A stretch of 64,000 bases of DNA from Candidatus Latescibacterota bacterium (GTDB taxonomy: Bacteria > Latescibacterota > UBA2968), in the NCBI GenBank assembly GCA_965204375.1, contig OZ241986.1, forward strand, positions 4,128,001-4,192,000, read 5' to 3'. Made by a program: the position numbers and the translations under genes. Below are positions 29,452-40,623 of this stretch, in pieces. The notes under the pieces are model-generated. The model made no database searches and was not told where the DNA came from. It saw only the letters and a list, made by a program, of their open reading frames with translations. Every line of letters starts with the position of its first letter. Position 1 is the stretch's first letter.

Positions 29452-30618
29452 TCACTCAAACGGCACCCGACTCGCGCCCACCGGATCGGGACTCGTGGGC
29501 CGAATCGGCATCTCCTCATAAGAACGATAAGCCACATCCAGATGCGGCGCCTCAACCCGCCTGTACCCCTCATACCGCGAATCTATCAACGCCTCCAGTG
29601 CGCCGGAAATCAGCAACGTGCGCTCAACCGGATACTGCGGCTTACCCGTCAAAAACATCTGCTGAATATTCAAACTCAAATAACTGAAATGCGCGTGCGG
29701 ATTATCCGGCAAAAAAACGCGCATATTATCCACCGCTCCATTGCGCCGCGCCGCAAAACCCCACCCCCGCGTGTACCCATTCAACATAAACGTCGCCGCC
29801 TTCAACCCATCTGCATACTCCAACAAAAAAACAGCCGGATTCTCGCAATGATCGCGCACATCGCCATCCTCCTTCGCCTCAATATGCGCCACCGCCGCCG
29901 CGTACAAATCGCGATCCCACGCACTCGACGCCCAGACATCATCCCCCTCCAGACACTGCACCGCCACAATCCCCGTCTCTCCACCTGTGCGGCGCTCAAC
30001 CATACACTGCAGCGTCTCCAGCGCGTGAAACCCATAAGAATCAAGCCCACCAAAAGCCACCGACACCGCCGTCTCAATCTCCGTATCCAACTCATACTCA
30101 AGCCACGGCTTGCGCCATGCAAGCGGCAGAGACGACCCCGCCATAAACGGCACATCGAGTTCCCGCGCGCGATCGCACATCCACTTTGCATCGTGCCAAT
30201 TATACGAAAGATGCTTATCGCTAAACACCGGCACAGACCGCCCCGACGAAGCGAACACCCCGCAAATCTGCTCAAAAAAATACTTGCGCGGATACATGTG
30301 TTGCTCCTTCTCATTCCACGGATAATCGCCGTGCTCCCCAATCAGCAACACCCCATCCACAGCAAGCTCATCACCCCCCAAAGTCAACGCCTGGTTAATA
30401 CTCCCGCACATCGGCACACCGTATTCCTCTGCAATCGCGCACCCGATATCATCTCTAAAATGCACCTGATCCAGATACATCGACACCACATCCACCTCTG
30501 GCGAAAGCAACCCGTCATCTGTTGGAAACCCCTTCAAAAACTTCGTCACAATCACATCGGCGTGTGACCGCGGAAAATACGACGTAATCACCGCTGCAAT
30601 TTTCTTTCGATCAGCCAT
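29452..30618 (-). CDS. Conserved hypothetical Gfo/Idh/MocA-like oxidoreductase
   Basis: SHADVI, VDGVLLIGEHGDYP, PVFSDKHL, MAGSSLP, YGFHALE. Confidence 0.7.
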   Translation of the reverse strand: MADRKKIAAVITSYFPRSHADVIVTKFLKGFPTDDGLLSPEVDVVSMYLDQVHFRDDIGCAIAEEYGVPMCGSINQALTLGGDELAVDGVLLIGEHGDYPWNEKEQHMYPRKYFFEQICGVFASSGRSVPVFSDKHLSYNWHDAKWMCDRARELDVPFMAGSSLPLAWRKPWLEYELDTEIETAVSVAFGGLDSYGFHALETLQCMVERRTGGETGIVAVQCLEGDDVWASSAWDRDLYAAAVAHIEAKEDGDVRDHCENPAVFLLEYADGLKAATFMLNGYTRGWGFAARRNGAVDNMRVFLPDNPHAHFSYLSLNIQQMFLTGKPQYPVERTLLISGALEALIDSRYEGYRRVEAPHLDVAYRSYEEMPIRPTSPDPVGASRVPFE

Positions 30619-30774
30619 AGCTTTTCCCTCCAATTGCGTGCCTCGTTTTATAATCGTTAAATTATATCACAATTCGAGAAAAACCAATATCTAAATATTC
30701 TTACATCCTCACGCCCAAAATTTGGTATCTTAAACACCTGAAATATAACTCTAACCCTTACCAGGAGGAATCAC

Positions 30775-31380
30775 TTGACCGAAGTAAAAGCCACCAACAT
30801 CGTCTGGCACGAAGGCCATGTCGGGCGCAAACAGCGCGAAGACCTGCTCGAACAGAAAGGCGCACTCATCTGGCTCACCGGCCTGCCCAGCTCGGGCAAA
30901 AGCACCATCGCATTCACCACAGAACACGCCCTGATCGAACGCGGGCGCATGGCCTACGTACTCGACGGCGACAACATCCGCCACGGCCTCAACAAAAACC
31001 TCGGATTCTCAGCCGAAGACCGCGCTGAAAACATCCGCCGCATCGGCGAAGTCGGCAAACTCTTTGCCGACGCCGGCATCATCACCCTATCCAGTTTTGT
31101 AAGCCCCTATCGCATTGACCGCGACGGCGTGCGCGAACTCATGGAAGACAAAGACTTCATCGAAGTATTCATCGACACCCCGCTCGACGTATGCGAAGAA
31201 CGCGATCCCAAAGGCATGTACAAAAAAGCGCGCACAGGTGAAATACCCAACTTCACCGGCATCTCTGACCCTTATGAACCGCCCGAAAACCCCGAACTCG
31301 TCATACACACCGTTGACAGCACCCCACAAGAGGCCGCATTGCAAATCATCGCCCTGCTCGAAACGCGTGGAAACATCTAA
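30775..31380 (+). CDS. cysC: Adenylyl-sulfate kinase
   Basis: WLTGLPSSGKST, LDGDNIRHGL, ENIRR, RDPKG.YKKAR, FTGISDPYE. Confidence 0.97.
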   Translation: MTEVKATNIVWHEGHVGRKQREDLLEQKGALIWLTGLPSSGKSTIAFTTEHALIERGRMAYVLDGDNIRHGLNKNLGFSAEDRAENIRRIGEVGKLFADAGIITLSSFVSPYRIDRDGVRELMEDKDFIEVFIDTPLDVCEERDPKGMYKKARTGEIPNFTGISDPYEPPENPELVIHTVDSTPQEAALQIIALLETRGNI

Positions 31381-31382
31381 CA

Positions 31383-32042
31383 ATGCCCATCATCGACCTC
31401 ACCATGCCCATTGCCGACCACTTCCGCTGGCCCGTAGAGCGCAGCCTCAAAAGCAGTTTTGAAACAGGCGACATGGCGCAAGTGACCCACATGGGATGGG
31501 CAGTCCACGGATTTACGCACGTCGATGCGCCGCGCCACATGTTCCCGGAAGGACCCACCACCAGCGACACCGAACTCGACCAAATCGTGGGACAGGCCGC
31601 AGTCGTCGATCTCTCGGGCATCGCGCCAGAAACGCCGATCACCGAAGCGCAGATTCGCGCTGCCGGACAGCACATACGATCCGAAGACATCGTCGTCATG
31701 AAAACGCGGTGGGACGAAGTGGAATCACATCAAACCCCTGAATTCTGGACCCGCGCGCCCTACATGTCGCGCCCCGCCGCAAAATGGCTACACGCGCAAA
31801 ACATCCGCGCCATCGCATTTGACTTTCCGCAAGACTATCCCATCCGCCAATTGCTCAGTGGCCAGAGAGCACCCCTCTCCGAATTCGTTACCCACGACAT
31901 CCTCTTGCGCGAAGGCATCATCCTCATCGAATACATCTGCAACACGGGCATGCTCACTGAGGACCGCGTACCCTTCTTCGCCCTGCCCTTAAAAATCCCC
32001 GAATCCGACGGCGCACCGGCTCGCGTCATCGCAATTCAATAA
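31383..32042 (+). CDS. Cyclase/kynurenine formamidase family protein
   Basis: HGFTHVDAPRH, GIILIE, LPLKI...DGAPARVIA. Confidence 0.9.
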   Translation: MPIIDLTMPIADHFRWPVERSLKSSFETGDMAQVTHMGWAVHGFTHVDAPRHMFPEGPTTSDTELDQIVGQAAVVDLSGIAPETPITEAQIRAAGQHIRSEDIVVMKTRWDEVESHQTPEFWTRAPYMSRPAAKWLHAQNIRAIAFDFPQDYPIRQLLSGQRAPLSEFVTHDILLREGIILIEYICNTGMLTEDRVPFFALPLKIPESDGAPARVIAIQ

Positions 32043-32060
32043 CCACAGGAGTTATCAGTA

Positions 32061-32128
32061 TAGGGGCGAAACATGTTTAGCCCTTCACACTTCACACTTC
32101 ACACTTCACACTTCACACTTCACACTTC
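32061..32128. repeat. GTAG-type REP-like hairpin followed by an (ACTTCAC)n array ending just before the next ATG
   Basis: TAGGGGCGAAACATGTTTAGCCCT then 7-mers. Confidence 0.8.
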
Positions 32129-32130
32129 CC

Positions 32131-33495
32131 ATGATCTACCACCAACTCTTCGCCCAAATTGACCGCACCGTACGCGTTGGCGTCATCGGCACCGGACACT
32201 ACGCCACAGCCCTCGTCACACAATCGCGCGTCGTCGATCAACTCCACGTCCCCGTCGTCTGCGACACAAACCCGGACGCAGCCCAAAATGCATATCATCA
32301 CGCCGGCCTGGACACCGACAAAATCATCTTATGCGACACCACCCAACAGGCTGCCGAAGCCATAGAACAGGGCAAACACGTCATCCTCACCGACGCCATG
32401 CAAATGATGGACCTGCCCCTCGACGTCATCGTAGAATCCACAGGCGTCCCGAGTGCAGGCGCGAAACACGGCATAGAAGCCATCCGACACGGCAAACACG
32501 TCGCCATGGTATCCAAAGAAACCGACGTCACCGTCGGACCCATCCTCAAACACCACGCAGACAAAGCCGGACTCGTCTATACCGCTGTTGACGGCGACCA
32601 GCACGGCCTGCTCATGGGCCTCGTACAATGGGCGCGCGGCCTGGGCCTCGAAGTACTCTGCGGAGGCAAATCACTGGACTCCGACCGCGTTTACGACCCG
32701 CAAACCAACGCCATCGTCTGGTCCAAAGGCAAAATCCAGATCCCCGACGAACAGATATTCTCCGCCCAAAATCCCTCGGCACATATCGCACAACGCCGCC
32801 AGATCATGGGCGAACTCGGCGCCATCGCCGGTTACGACGTCACCGAACTCACCATCGCCGCCAATGCCACCGGTCTCATCCCCGATACAGACACCCTGCA
32901 CACCCCCGTAGTCCGCACCGTTGAAATACCCGAAGTCCTCGCACCCAAAGAAGACGGCGGCATCTTATCCCACCGCGGCGTCATCGACTGTGTCTCCTGC
33001 CTGCGCCAGGCAAACGAACCCGGCCTCGGCGGCGGCGTCTTCATCGTCGTCGCCTGTGAAAACGCCTACTCCCGCCACATCCTCACCACCAAAGGACTCA
33101 TCCCCAACAAAAAAGGCACCACAGCCCTCATCTACCGCCCCTACCACCTCTGCGGCGTCGAAACACCCATCACAACACTCGTCGCCGGCCTCTTAAACCT
33201 GCCCACGGGCACCACCGACTACCGCCCGTCCTTCGACGTTGTGGGCCGCGCAAAAGAACCCCTCAAAGCCGGCGACCGGATCGGCAACGACCACAGCAAA
33301 AACATCGAATACCTCATGCGCCCCGCGCTACCAGTCGCGCCCCACAACCCCCTCCCCTTTCACATGGCCAACGGCAATACGCTAAGTCAGGATGTCCCGG
33401 CTGGCGCATTCATCACTGCCAGCGCGATACAACCAGAAAACAACGACCCCCTCTGGACCCTTCGCAAAGAACAGGACGAGTATTTTATAAACTGA
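32131..33495 (+). CDS. NAD(P)-dependent oxidoreductase with C-terminal SAF domain (homoserine-dehydrogenase-like)
   Basis: VGVIGTG, VESTG, KETDVTVGP, DGDQ, ANATGL, RPYHL. Confidence 0.85.
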   Translation: MIYHQLFAQIDRTVRVGVIGTGHYATALVTQSRVVDQLHVPVVCDTNPDAAQNAYHHAGLDTDKIILCDTTQQAAEAIEQGKHVILTDAMQMMDLPLDVIVESTGVPSAGAKHGIEAIRHGKHVAMVSKETDVTVGPILKHHADKAGLVYTAVDGDQHGLLMGLVQWARGLGLEVLCGGKSLDSDRVYDPQTNAIVWSKGKIQIPDEQIFSAQNPSAHIAQRRQIMGELGAIAGYDVTELTIAANATGLIPDTDTLHTPVVRTVEIPEVLAPKEDGGILSHRGVIDCVSCLRQANEPGLGGGVFIVVACENAYSRHILTTKGLIPNKKGTTALIYRPYHLCGVETPITTLVAGLLNLPTGTTDYRPSFDVVGRAKEPLKAGDRIGNDHSKNIEYLMRPALPVAPHNPLPFHMANGNTLSQDVPAGAFITASAIQPENNDPLWTLRKEQDEYFIN

Positions 33496-33656
33496 TGTTA
33501 CGCATGTTTCGCGTGTCTGTCATGCTGAGCGGAGTGAAACGGAGTCGAAGCATCTTTTCCACCCGTGTTGGTAGGAGATTCTTCGCCTCCACTGCGTTAC
33601 GGCTCAGAATGACAGGCGCATTATGCATTATATTGTGCCCGTGCGTAACGTCAGTT
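33490..33656. mobile_element. MITE-like element with about 15-bp terminal inverted repeats and an internal palindrome
   Basis: AACTGATGTTACGCA ... TGCGTAACGTCAGTT; internal GTCATGCTGAGC...GCTCAGAATGAC. Confidence 0.75.
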
Positions 33657-33722
33657 ATAAAATAAAAAAACGAGTACATCTTTGTAATGCACTCGTTTTC
33701 CTGCTAACATTATCCGATCTAT

Positions 33723-34310
33723 TCACCAAACTTCATCCAGACCCAGTTCAAATCCCCGCAAGACAGGATCGCCAGAAATGCGCGAAGGCCTCTCCAATTC
33801 TTCTATGGGCAAGCCAGAGCGATACACATAAACGCGCTGTGCATAAGGATCTATCAACCATCCCAAACCCAGGCCATTATCGAGATACTCCTGCATCTTT
33901 TCCTGCAACGGGGCCAACTGATCGCTTTCCGACCGCAACTCAATGACAAAATCGGGACACAATGGAACAAACCTGCGTCGGTCTTCTGAAGACAATGCCA
34001 TCAGCCGCGTATGTTCAATCCACGCGGCATCGGGTGACCGAACCGCCCCATTGGGCAACCGAAACCCACCTGAAGAATCAAAACTCGCACCCGTACCATC
34101 CCCTTTTGCCCAAAACCGCAACTGCATAGTAATCTCTGCATTGCGCTCGCTCGTCTCACCGCCTGCTGGCGGCATAATAATTACATCTCCCTGCGCATTG
34201 CGCTCAATGCAAACATCGCGATTGAGCCGACAAAACGCATAAAACTCCTCATCGCTCACCTCAATCACCGGCTGAAAATGCAAGACAGTTTCCATCTCCG
34301 CGATCTCCAT
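33723..34310 (-). CDS. Uma2 family endonuclease
   Basis: IERNAQG, FDSSGGFRLPNGAVRSPDAAW, PDFVIELRS, KMQEY..NG..LGWLIDP. Confidence 0.92.
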   Translation of the reverse strand: MEIAEMETVLHFQPVIEVSDEEFYAFCRLNRDVCIERNAQGDVIIMPPAGGETSERNAEITMQLRFWAKGDGTGASFDSSGGFRLPNGAVRSPDAAWIEHTRLMALSSEDRRRFVPLCPDFVIELRSESDQLAPLQEKMQEYLDNGLGLGWLIDPYAQRVYVYRSGLPIEELERPSRISGDPVLRGFELGLDEVW

Positions 34311-36985
34311 TATTGTCCCTTCAAAAAACCCCGCAACACCGTATGCAAAATCCCCCCATTGCGATAATAATCGATCTCCACTGGCGTATCGATACGCACC
34401 GTCGCAGAAAACGACCGTACATTCCCATCCTCATCCGTCGCCGTCACCGTCACATCTTGCAAAGGCTGCAAATCATCGCCCAGCCCGGTAATATCGTACA
34501 CCTCCCGCCCCGTAAGCCCCAGCGACTCGGCATTCTCACCCGCCACAAACTCCAGCGGCAACACCCCCATACCCACCAGATTGCTGCGGTGAATGCGTTC
34601 AAAACTCTCCACAAGCACCGCGCGCACGCCCAAAAGTAACGGACCCTTAGCCGCCCAATCGCGCGACGACCCCGAACCGTACTCCGCGCCCGCAATCACA
34701 ATCGACGGCACACCCTCATCCACATATTGCATCGCCGCATCGTAAATACTCATCTGCTCACCCGAAGGTAAGTACACCGTCACGCCGCCCTCTGTACCTG
34801 GCGCCAGCGAATTGCGAATGCGAATATTGGCAAACGTACCCCGCATCATCACCTCGTGATTGCCCCGCCGCGAACCATAAGAATTGAAATCCTTTGGCTC
34901 AACCCCTCGAGCAATCAAAAACTGCCCCGCCGGGCTATCCACTGCAATCGAACCCGCCGGAGAAATGTGATCCGTCGTCACCGAATCGCCCAACCGCGCC
35001 AGCACCCGCGCACCCGTAATATCTGTAATCGCGTCTAACTCCGGCGACAAATCCACAAAAAACGGCGGCTCCTGCACATAAGTACTCTCCGCCTGCCACC
35101 CATAGAGATCCCCCGCTTGCCCGCCAACCGCATTCCACATCTCATTGCCCTCAAACACATTGCCATAACGCGCCTCAAACATATCCGGCCTGACCGCCCG
35201 CGCAATCGTATCGCCAATCTCATCCTGACTGGGCCAGACATCCCGCAAAAACACCGCATTGCCATCCCCATCCAGCCCCAGCGGCTCCGCAGTCAAATCC
35301 AAATCCACCCGACCCGCCAGCGCATAAGCCACAACCAGCGGTGGCGACGCCAGATAATTCGCCTTCACATGCGGATGCACGCGACCTTCAAAATTGCGAT
35401 TGCCACTCAACACCGACGCAGCGACCAGATCCTCCTCGTGAATCGCGGCAACCACCGGATCGGGCAACGGCCCACTATTGCCAATACACGTCGTACAGCC
35501 ATAACCCACCGTGTAAAAACCCAACTGCTCCAAATACGGCGTCAAACCCGCCTGATCGAGATAATCCGACACCACGCGCGAACCCGGCGCCAGACTCGTC
35601 TTCACATGCGCGTGAACCTTCAACCCCTTTTCCACCGCCCTCTTCGCCAACAAACCAGCGGCCACCATCACAGACGGATTGCTCGTATTGGTACAACTCG
35701 TAATCGCCGCAATCACCACCGCCCCGTGACCCAGCTTGCCATTCGTCCTCTTTTGAGCATCATCATCATCCAGCCCAAAACCACTATTGCCCACCGGTGC
35801 GCGCAACGCGCCTTCAAACGCACCCTTCATCTGCCCCAGCGCAATGCGATCCTGCGGGCGCTTTGGACCGGCCAAGCTCGGCTCCACCGTACTCAAATCC
35901 AGCTCCAGCGTATCCGTAAACCGCGGCTCTGGCGTATCATCTGTACGGAACAAACCCTGCTCCTTCGCGTACCGCTCAACCACATCCACCTCTTCCGCCG
36001 TGCGCCCCGTACGCGCCAAATAGCGCAACGTCTCATCATCCACCGGGAAAAACCCCATCGTCGCCCCGTATTCCGGCGCCATATTGGCAATCGTCGCGCG
36101 ATCCGCCAGCCCAATACCCGTCAACCCCGTGCCGTAAAACTCGACAAACTTATCCACCACGCCCTTCTCGCGCAACATCTGAACCACCGTCAACGTCAAA
36201 TCCGTCGCCGTCGTACCCTCGGGCAACTGCCCATCCAACTTGAACCCGACAACCTCGGGCGTCAGCATATAAATCGGCTGCCCCAGCATCACCGCCTCTG
36301 CCTCAATACCCCCCACACCCCAGCCCACCACACCCAGCCCATTAATCATCGTCGTATGAGAATCTGCCCCCACCAGACTATCGGGAAAAGCCACGCCATC
36401 CCGGGCAATAACCCCCTTTGCCAGATATTCGAGATTGACCTGATGCACAATACCCGTCAGCGGCGGCACCACCCTGAAACTCTCAAACGCATTCGCACCC
36501 CAGCGCAAAAACTCATACCGCTCCCGATTGCGCTCAAACTCGATCTCTGCATTTCTCCGCAACGCATCCGAATTTGCAAAACTATCCACCTGCACCGAAT
36601 GATCCACAACCAGATCCACTGGAATCAACGGCTCAACCCGACTTACATCGCCCCCCATGCGCCCCATAGCCGAACGCAACGCCGCCAAATCCACCAGCGA
36701 AGGCACACCCGTAAAATCCTGCAACACCACCCGCGCGGGCTTAAACGGTATCTCTATGGGATTGGGATTGGTCCAATTCGCCAGCGTCTCCACATCTTCC
36801 TCCCGCACCTGATACCCATCCAGATTTCGCAGTGCCGCCTCGAGCAGCACCCGCACGGAAAACGGCAACTCCGACACCGACCCAACCCCATCAACCTCCA
36901 ACCGATCCAGCCGAAAAATAGCGAGATCACCCGCCATAGTAGAAAGTGTATCGCGTGAATTCAAAGGATTATGCGTTTGATTCAT
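34310..36985 (-). CDS. acnA: Aconitate hydratase A
   Basis: [66 protein letters not shown]. Confidence 0.98.
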   Translation of the reverse strand: MNQTHNPLNSRDTLSTMAGDLAIFRLDRLEVDGVGSVSELPFSVRVLLEAALRNLDGYQVREEDVETLANWTNPNPIEIPFKPARVVLQDFTGVPSLVDLAALRSAMGRMGGDVSRVEPLIPVDLVVDHSVQVDSFANSDALRRNAEIEFERNRERYEFLRWGANAFESFRVVPPLTGIVHQVNLEYLAKGVIARDGVAFPDSLVGADSHTTMINGLGVVGWGVGGIEAEAVMLGQPIYMLTPEVVGFKLDGQLPEGTTATDLTLTVVQMLREKGVVDKFVEFYGTGLTGIGLADRATIANMAPEYGATMGFFPVDDETLRYLARTGRTAEEVDVVERYAKEQGLFRTDDTPEPRFTDTLELDLSTVEPSLAGPKRPQDRIALGQMKGAFEGALRAPVGNSGFGLDDDDAQKRTNGKLGHGAVVIAAITSCTNTSNPSVMVAAGLLAKRAVEKGLKVHAHVKTSLAPGSRVVSDYLDQAGLTPYLEQLGFYTVGYGCTTCIGNSGPLPDPVVAAIHEEDLVAASVLSGNRNFEGRVHPHVKANYLASPPLVVAYALAGRVDLDLTAEPLGLDGDGNAVFLRDVWPSQDEIGDTIARAVRPDMFEARYGNVFEGNEMWNAVGGQAGDLYGWQAESTYVQEPPFFVDLSPELDAITDITGARVLARLGDSVTTDHISPAGSIAVDSPAGQFLIARGVEPKDFNSYGSRRGNHEVMMRGTFANIRIRNSLAPGTEGGVTVYLPSGEQMSIYDAAMQYVDEGVPSIVIAGAEYGSGSSRDWAAKGPLLLGVRAVLVESFERIHRSNLVGMGVLPLEFVAGENAESLGLTGREVYDITGLGDDLQPLQDVTVTATDEDGNVRSFSATVRIDTPVEIDYYRNGGILHTVLRGFLKGQ

Positions 36986-37087
36986 AAACAAGTCCTTCTC
37001 TAAAAAGTTTTAAGCTACTTTGGTCATGACACTTTCTTACCAAAGTTATTGGCTGGGAAAGTGAGACTTTTCATCGGTTTGCACGCC

Positions 37088-38649
37088 TCAGGCAAGGGCT
37101 GTCTCGAATCCCACCAGATTGCGGGTCTCCCGGCTGAACTCTACCGCAATCAGATGAATCGGCTCGCCGCGGTCGCGGTATTTGTCCGCATAGCCTTTCT
37201 GTCTCAATTGCGCCATCGCGGCCCCCTCCGGTGCTAATTCCACCACTTTGAACTCGAACAGATACACACTGCCGTTGAAATGAACCGCCATGTCCAGACG
37301 ACCATGGCTGCTGCTGTCCTCCACAACGATGTCGAATCCCACCGATGCGAAATAGGAGTAGAATACGCTGGCGTAGTAGCCTTCATAGTCCGCGATGTTG
37401 TTATTCGTGTGCCACTGGTAAGGAATGCTGGCGAAGAATGCCTTGAACAGGCTCTCCAGACTCGCAAAGTCATTGACCAGCAATAGATCGTAGAGCCGGG
37501 CACGGTGCTCAGCGCGCTGCGAAGGATCGCCAGTCAGGTGGTTTAGAAGGCTTCTATTCAGACTTTGGCGCACCTCCTGATTCGGATAGGACAGCCGATA
37601 GTACATCTCCCCACCACGCGGTTCGGTATGGTGGATGGTCAAATATCCAGTCTGGAATAACAGTGCCTCAGTGGCGATATGGTCAACATCAAAGGCCGAT
37701 AGCAAATCGTCGCTACCCAGCATGTTATCCAGGGTCAGCGCACCGACCCCGCGCGATAGTAGCGTCTCGATCAGGAACGTCGGCGTACCTGTCTCGAACC
37801 ACCACGCGCCGAACTCGCGACTGTCGAAAAGCAGGAGGATGTCAAACGGGTTATAGACCCTCTCCTCTCCTCGCCGCGCCAGCTATAGCCATTGTACCAG
37901 CGGCGTATCTCATCCCTGTCCAGACCGGATAGTTCCGGTGCGAACACCGTATCCAGATCCACATCGGTATAGCCACATATAGATGAATAGCGTGGATCCA
38001 GCGTGATATCCTTGAGATTGTTGAGACCAGAGAACAGGCTGACCTTGGAAAACTTGCTGACACCAGTGAGGAACGTGAACTTGATGTACGCGTCATTAGA
38101 CTTGATCGTCGAATACAGACCCCGCAGAAAGTCGCGATTGGCGCATGCGACCTCGGGTACATCAAGAGCGTCCAGAATCGGCTTGTCGTATTCATCAACA
38201 AGTACCGCCACTGGCTGCCCGCTCCGCTCGCCCAATGCCTCAATCAGATAGGCGAAACGCCCCGGTGCTGTCACGGCCTCTGCAACCACTCCAGAGCGGC
38301 TTTCAATGGCGGTCAATTGCTCCATCACATTTGCCTGCAAGTAACCAGGCTCTTTGAAGTTGCCGCTACCAAAATCGAGCCGCACGACGGGATGGCGAAC
38401 TGACCAGTCCCAGCGATCATGGATATAAAGCCCCTCAAACAGCGGCTCATTACCCTCAAACAGTTCCTTCAATGTGTCCAGAAACAGGCTCTTGCCAAAT
38501 CGACGCGGGCGCGACAAAAAGTAGTGCTTGCCCTCGTCCATCATCCGCCGAATGTAGGTCGTCTTATCGACGTAGCAGTAGTTTTGCTCCCGAATCTCGC
38601 GAAAGGTCTGAATACCGATAGGCAACTTGCGTCTGTCCGATATGCCCAT
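37088..38649 (-). pseudogene. AAA-ATPase-like + PD-(D/E)XK nuclease protein, frameshifted by a 5-bp duplication at about 37860
   Basis: RPRRFGKS, VDEYDKP, WYNGY; GAG GAG AGG [AGAGG] GTC TAT AAC CCG restores ERVYNPFD; C-terminal GRLD...FEFK. Confidence 0.88.
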
Positions 38650-38829
38650 CTCTCATCTCCAGAGTGTGATGTCGGCACCAATCCAACGAAAATTTTGGTT
38701 TGTCCCTAAACCAGACAGCATGGCCCGCATCGAAGAAAATACCATAACAACCCATCTTTTCAAACCCTTTTTGCACGCTTCGTACTTGATCGAATCGGAA
38801 AGAATATATATTTTCTCTCGATTATCCAA

Positions 38830-38946
38830 GGCGAAAGATTTTTCGCCCCTACAATCGGGCAACCACGAGGGTTGCCCCTACGGTTGCTTCACCCTTCACG
38901 GCCCCTCTTCTTTATCTGCGTTCATCTGCGTTCATCTGCGGATCAC
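38830..38946. repeat. Cluster of two GTAG-type REP-like hairpins plus an ATCTGCG decamer element
   Basis: GGCGAAAGATTTTTCGCCCCTAC; GGGCAACCACGAGGGTTGCCCCTAC; (ATCTGCGTTC)n. Confidence 0.85.
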
Positions 38947-38952
38947 ACTTCC

Positions 38953-40518
38953 ATGACCGACCAACGCTTTGTCGCACTCATCATCCTTGACGGTTGGGGA
39001 TTAAACCCGCGCCGGGACCACAACGCCGTGGCCCTTGCCAGCACCCCGACAATGGACCGCATCTGGGCCAACTACGCCCACACCACCCTCAACACCTCCG
39101 GACGCGCAGTCGGCCTACCCGACGGACTCATGGGCAACTCCGAAGTCGGCCATCTCAACCTGGGCGCTGGGCGCACCGTCATGCAAGCCATGACCCAGAT
39201 CGACGACCGCATACGAGACGGCAGCCTGTACAAAAACGAAGCCTTAATCGCCGCCATAGACCGCATCAAAAACCACAACCGCAACCTCCACCTCATCGGC
39301 CTCGTCTCTGACGGCGGCGTACACTCATGGCCCGGGCACTACGAGGGCCTCATCAAAATGGCAGCCGAACGCGGCCTCCCCTCAGACCGCCTCTTCATCC
39401 ACGCCTTCACAGACGGACGCGACACACCGCCCCAAAGCGCAATCCACCGCATGCGCGAACTCCTCGCCATATTCAAAACCCACGGCATTGGCCGCGTCGC
39501 ATCCATATCCGGGCGGTATTACGCCATGGACCGCGACCACCGCTGGGAACGCACCCAAATAGCCTACGACCTCCTCACACAGGGCAAAGGCATCGCAGAA
39601 ACCGACCCCATCACAGCCATACAAAACGCCTACAACCGCGGCGAAACCGACGAATTCATCAAACCCATCGCCATCGCCGACAGCACAGGCAAAACCACCA
39701 TAAAAGACGGAGACAGCGTCATCTTCTTCAACTTCCGCGGCGACAGACCCCGGCAAATCACCCGCGCCTTTGCACTCAAAAACTTCGACGGCTTTCAACG
39801 CCACACCTGGCCCAACGTACACTTCACCACCCTCACCCGATACGAAGCCGACGTACCCGTCACGGGCATCGCCTATCCCCCCGACACCCTCTCGCAAAAC
39901 ATGCCCAACATCTGTGGATCGGTCATCGCCCGGGCCAACAAACGACAACTACGCATCGCAGAAACAGAAAAATACGCCCACGTCACCTTCTTCTTTAACG
40001 GCCAACAAGAAACGCCCTTTGACGGGGAAGAACGCATCCTCGTACCATCCCCCAAAGACGTCCCCACCTACGACCACAAACCCGAAATGAGCGCACCTGA
40101 AATCGCAGACCGATTTACAGAAGCCATCGCAACCAACCAATACGACGCTGCAATATGCAACTTCGCCAACCCCGACATGGTGGGCCACACCGGCATCCTC
40201 GAAGCTGCCATACACGCCGTCACCACCGTTGACACCTGCCTGGGCCGCGTCCTCAAAGCCATAGAAAAAGCAAACGGCGCAGCCATCGTCACCGCCGACC
40301 ACGGCAACGCCGAACAAATGATCCACTACGACACTGGCGAACCCCACACCGCACACACCACCAACCCCGTACCCTTTGTACTCGTTGACCCCACCTACAG
40401 GGGAAAACTCCGCGCTGGCGGCACCTTGCGCGACGTCGCCCCCACCCTGCTCTCCCTGCTCAACCTGCCAAAACCCGATGAAATGACTGGGGAAGATCTG
40501 AGACGAATAGACGAATAG
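38953..40518 (+). CDS. gpmI: 2,3-bisphosphoglycerate-independent phosphoglycerate mutase
   Basis: LIILDGWG, MGNSEVGH, DGRDT, GRYYAMDRD, AETEKYAHVT, NPDMVGHTG, TADHGN. Confidence 0.98.
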   Translation: MTDQRFVALIILDGWGLNPRRDHNAVALASTPTMDRIWANYAHTTLNTSGRAVGLPDGLMGNSEVGHLNLGAGRTVMQAMTQIDDRIRDGSLYKNEALIAAIDRIKNHNRNLHLIGLVSDGGVHSWPGHYEGLIKMAAERGLPSDRLFIHAFTDGRDTPPQSAIHRMRELLAIFKTHGIGRVASISGRYYAMDRDHRWERTQIAYDLLTQGKGIAETDPITAIQNAYNRGETDEFIKPIAIADSTGKTTIKDGDSVIFFNFRGDRPRQITRAFALKNFDGFQRHTWPNVHFTTLTRYEADVPVTGIAYPPDTLSQNMPNICGSVIARANKRQLRIAETEKYAHVTFFFNGQQETPFDGEERILVPSPKDVPTYDHKPEMSAPEIADRFTEAIATNQYDAAICNFANPDMVGHTGILEAAIHAVTTVDTCLGRVLKAIEKANGAAIVTADHGNAEQMIHYDTGEPHTAHTTNPVPFVLVDPTYRGKLRAGGTLRDVAPTLLSLLNLPKPDEMTGEDLRRIDE

Positions 40519-40623
40519 ACGAATAGACGGGCGGGTTAAACTGGCCTGAGAAACGGCCAGTTGTACATCGCTCGAAACCCGCCTCTACGTTTGATTTTTC
40601 ATCTGCGTTCATCTGCGGATCAC
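40500..40623. repeat. (ACGAATAG)3 + REP-like hairpin + ATCTGCG element between convergent genes
   Basis: Both flanking stop codons lie within the repeats. Confidence 0.8.

Noticed and set aside
35117-36958. 613-aa plus-strand ORF and similar long antisense ORFs (e.g. 29542-30567, 20325-21239, 41151-42014)
   Set aside because: Shadow frames opposite well-supported genes, caused by codon bias
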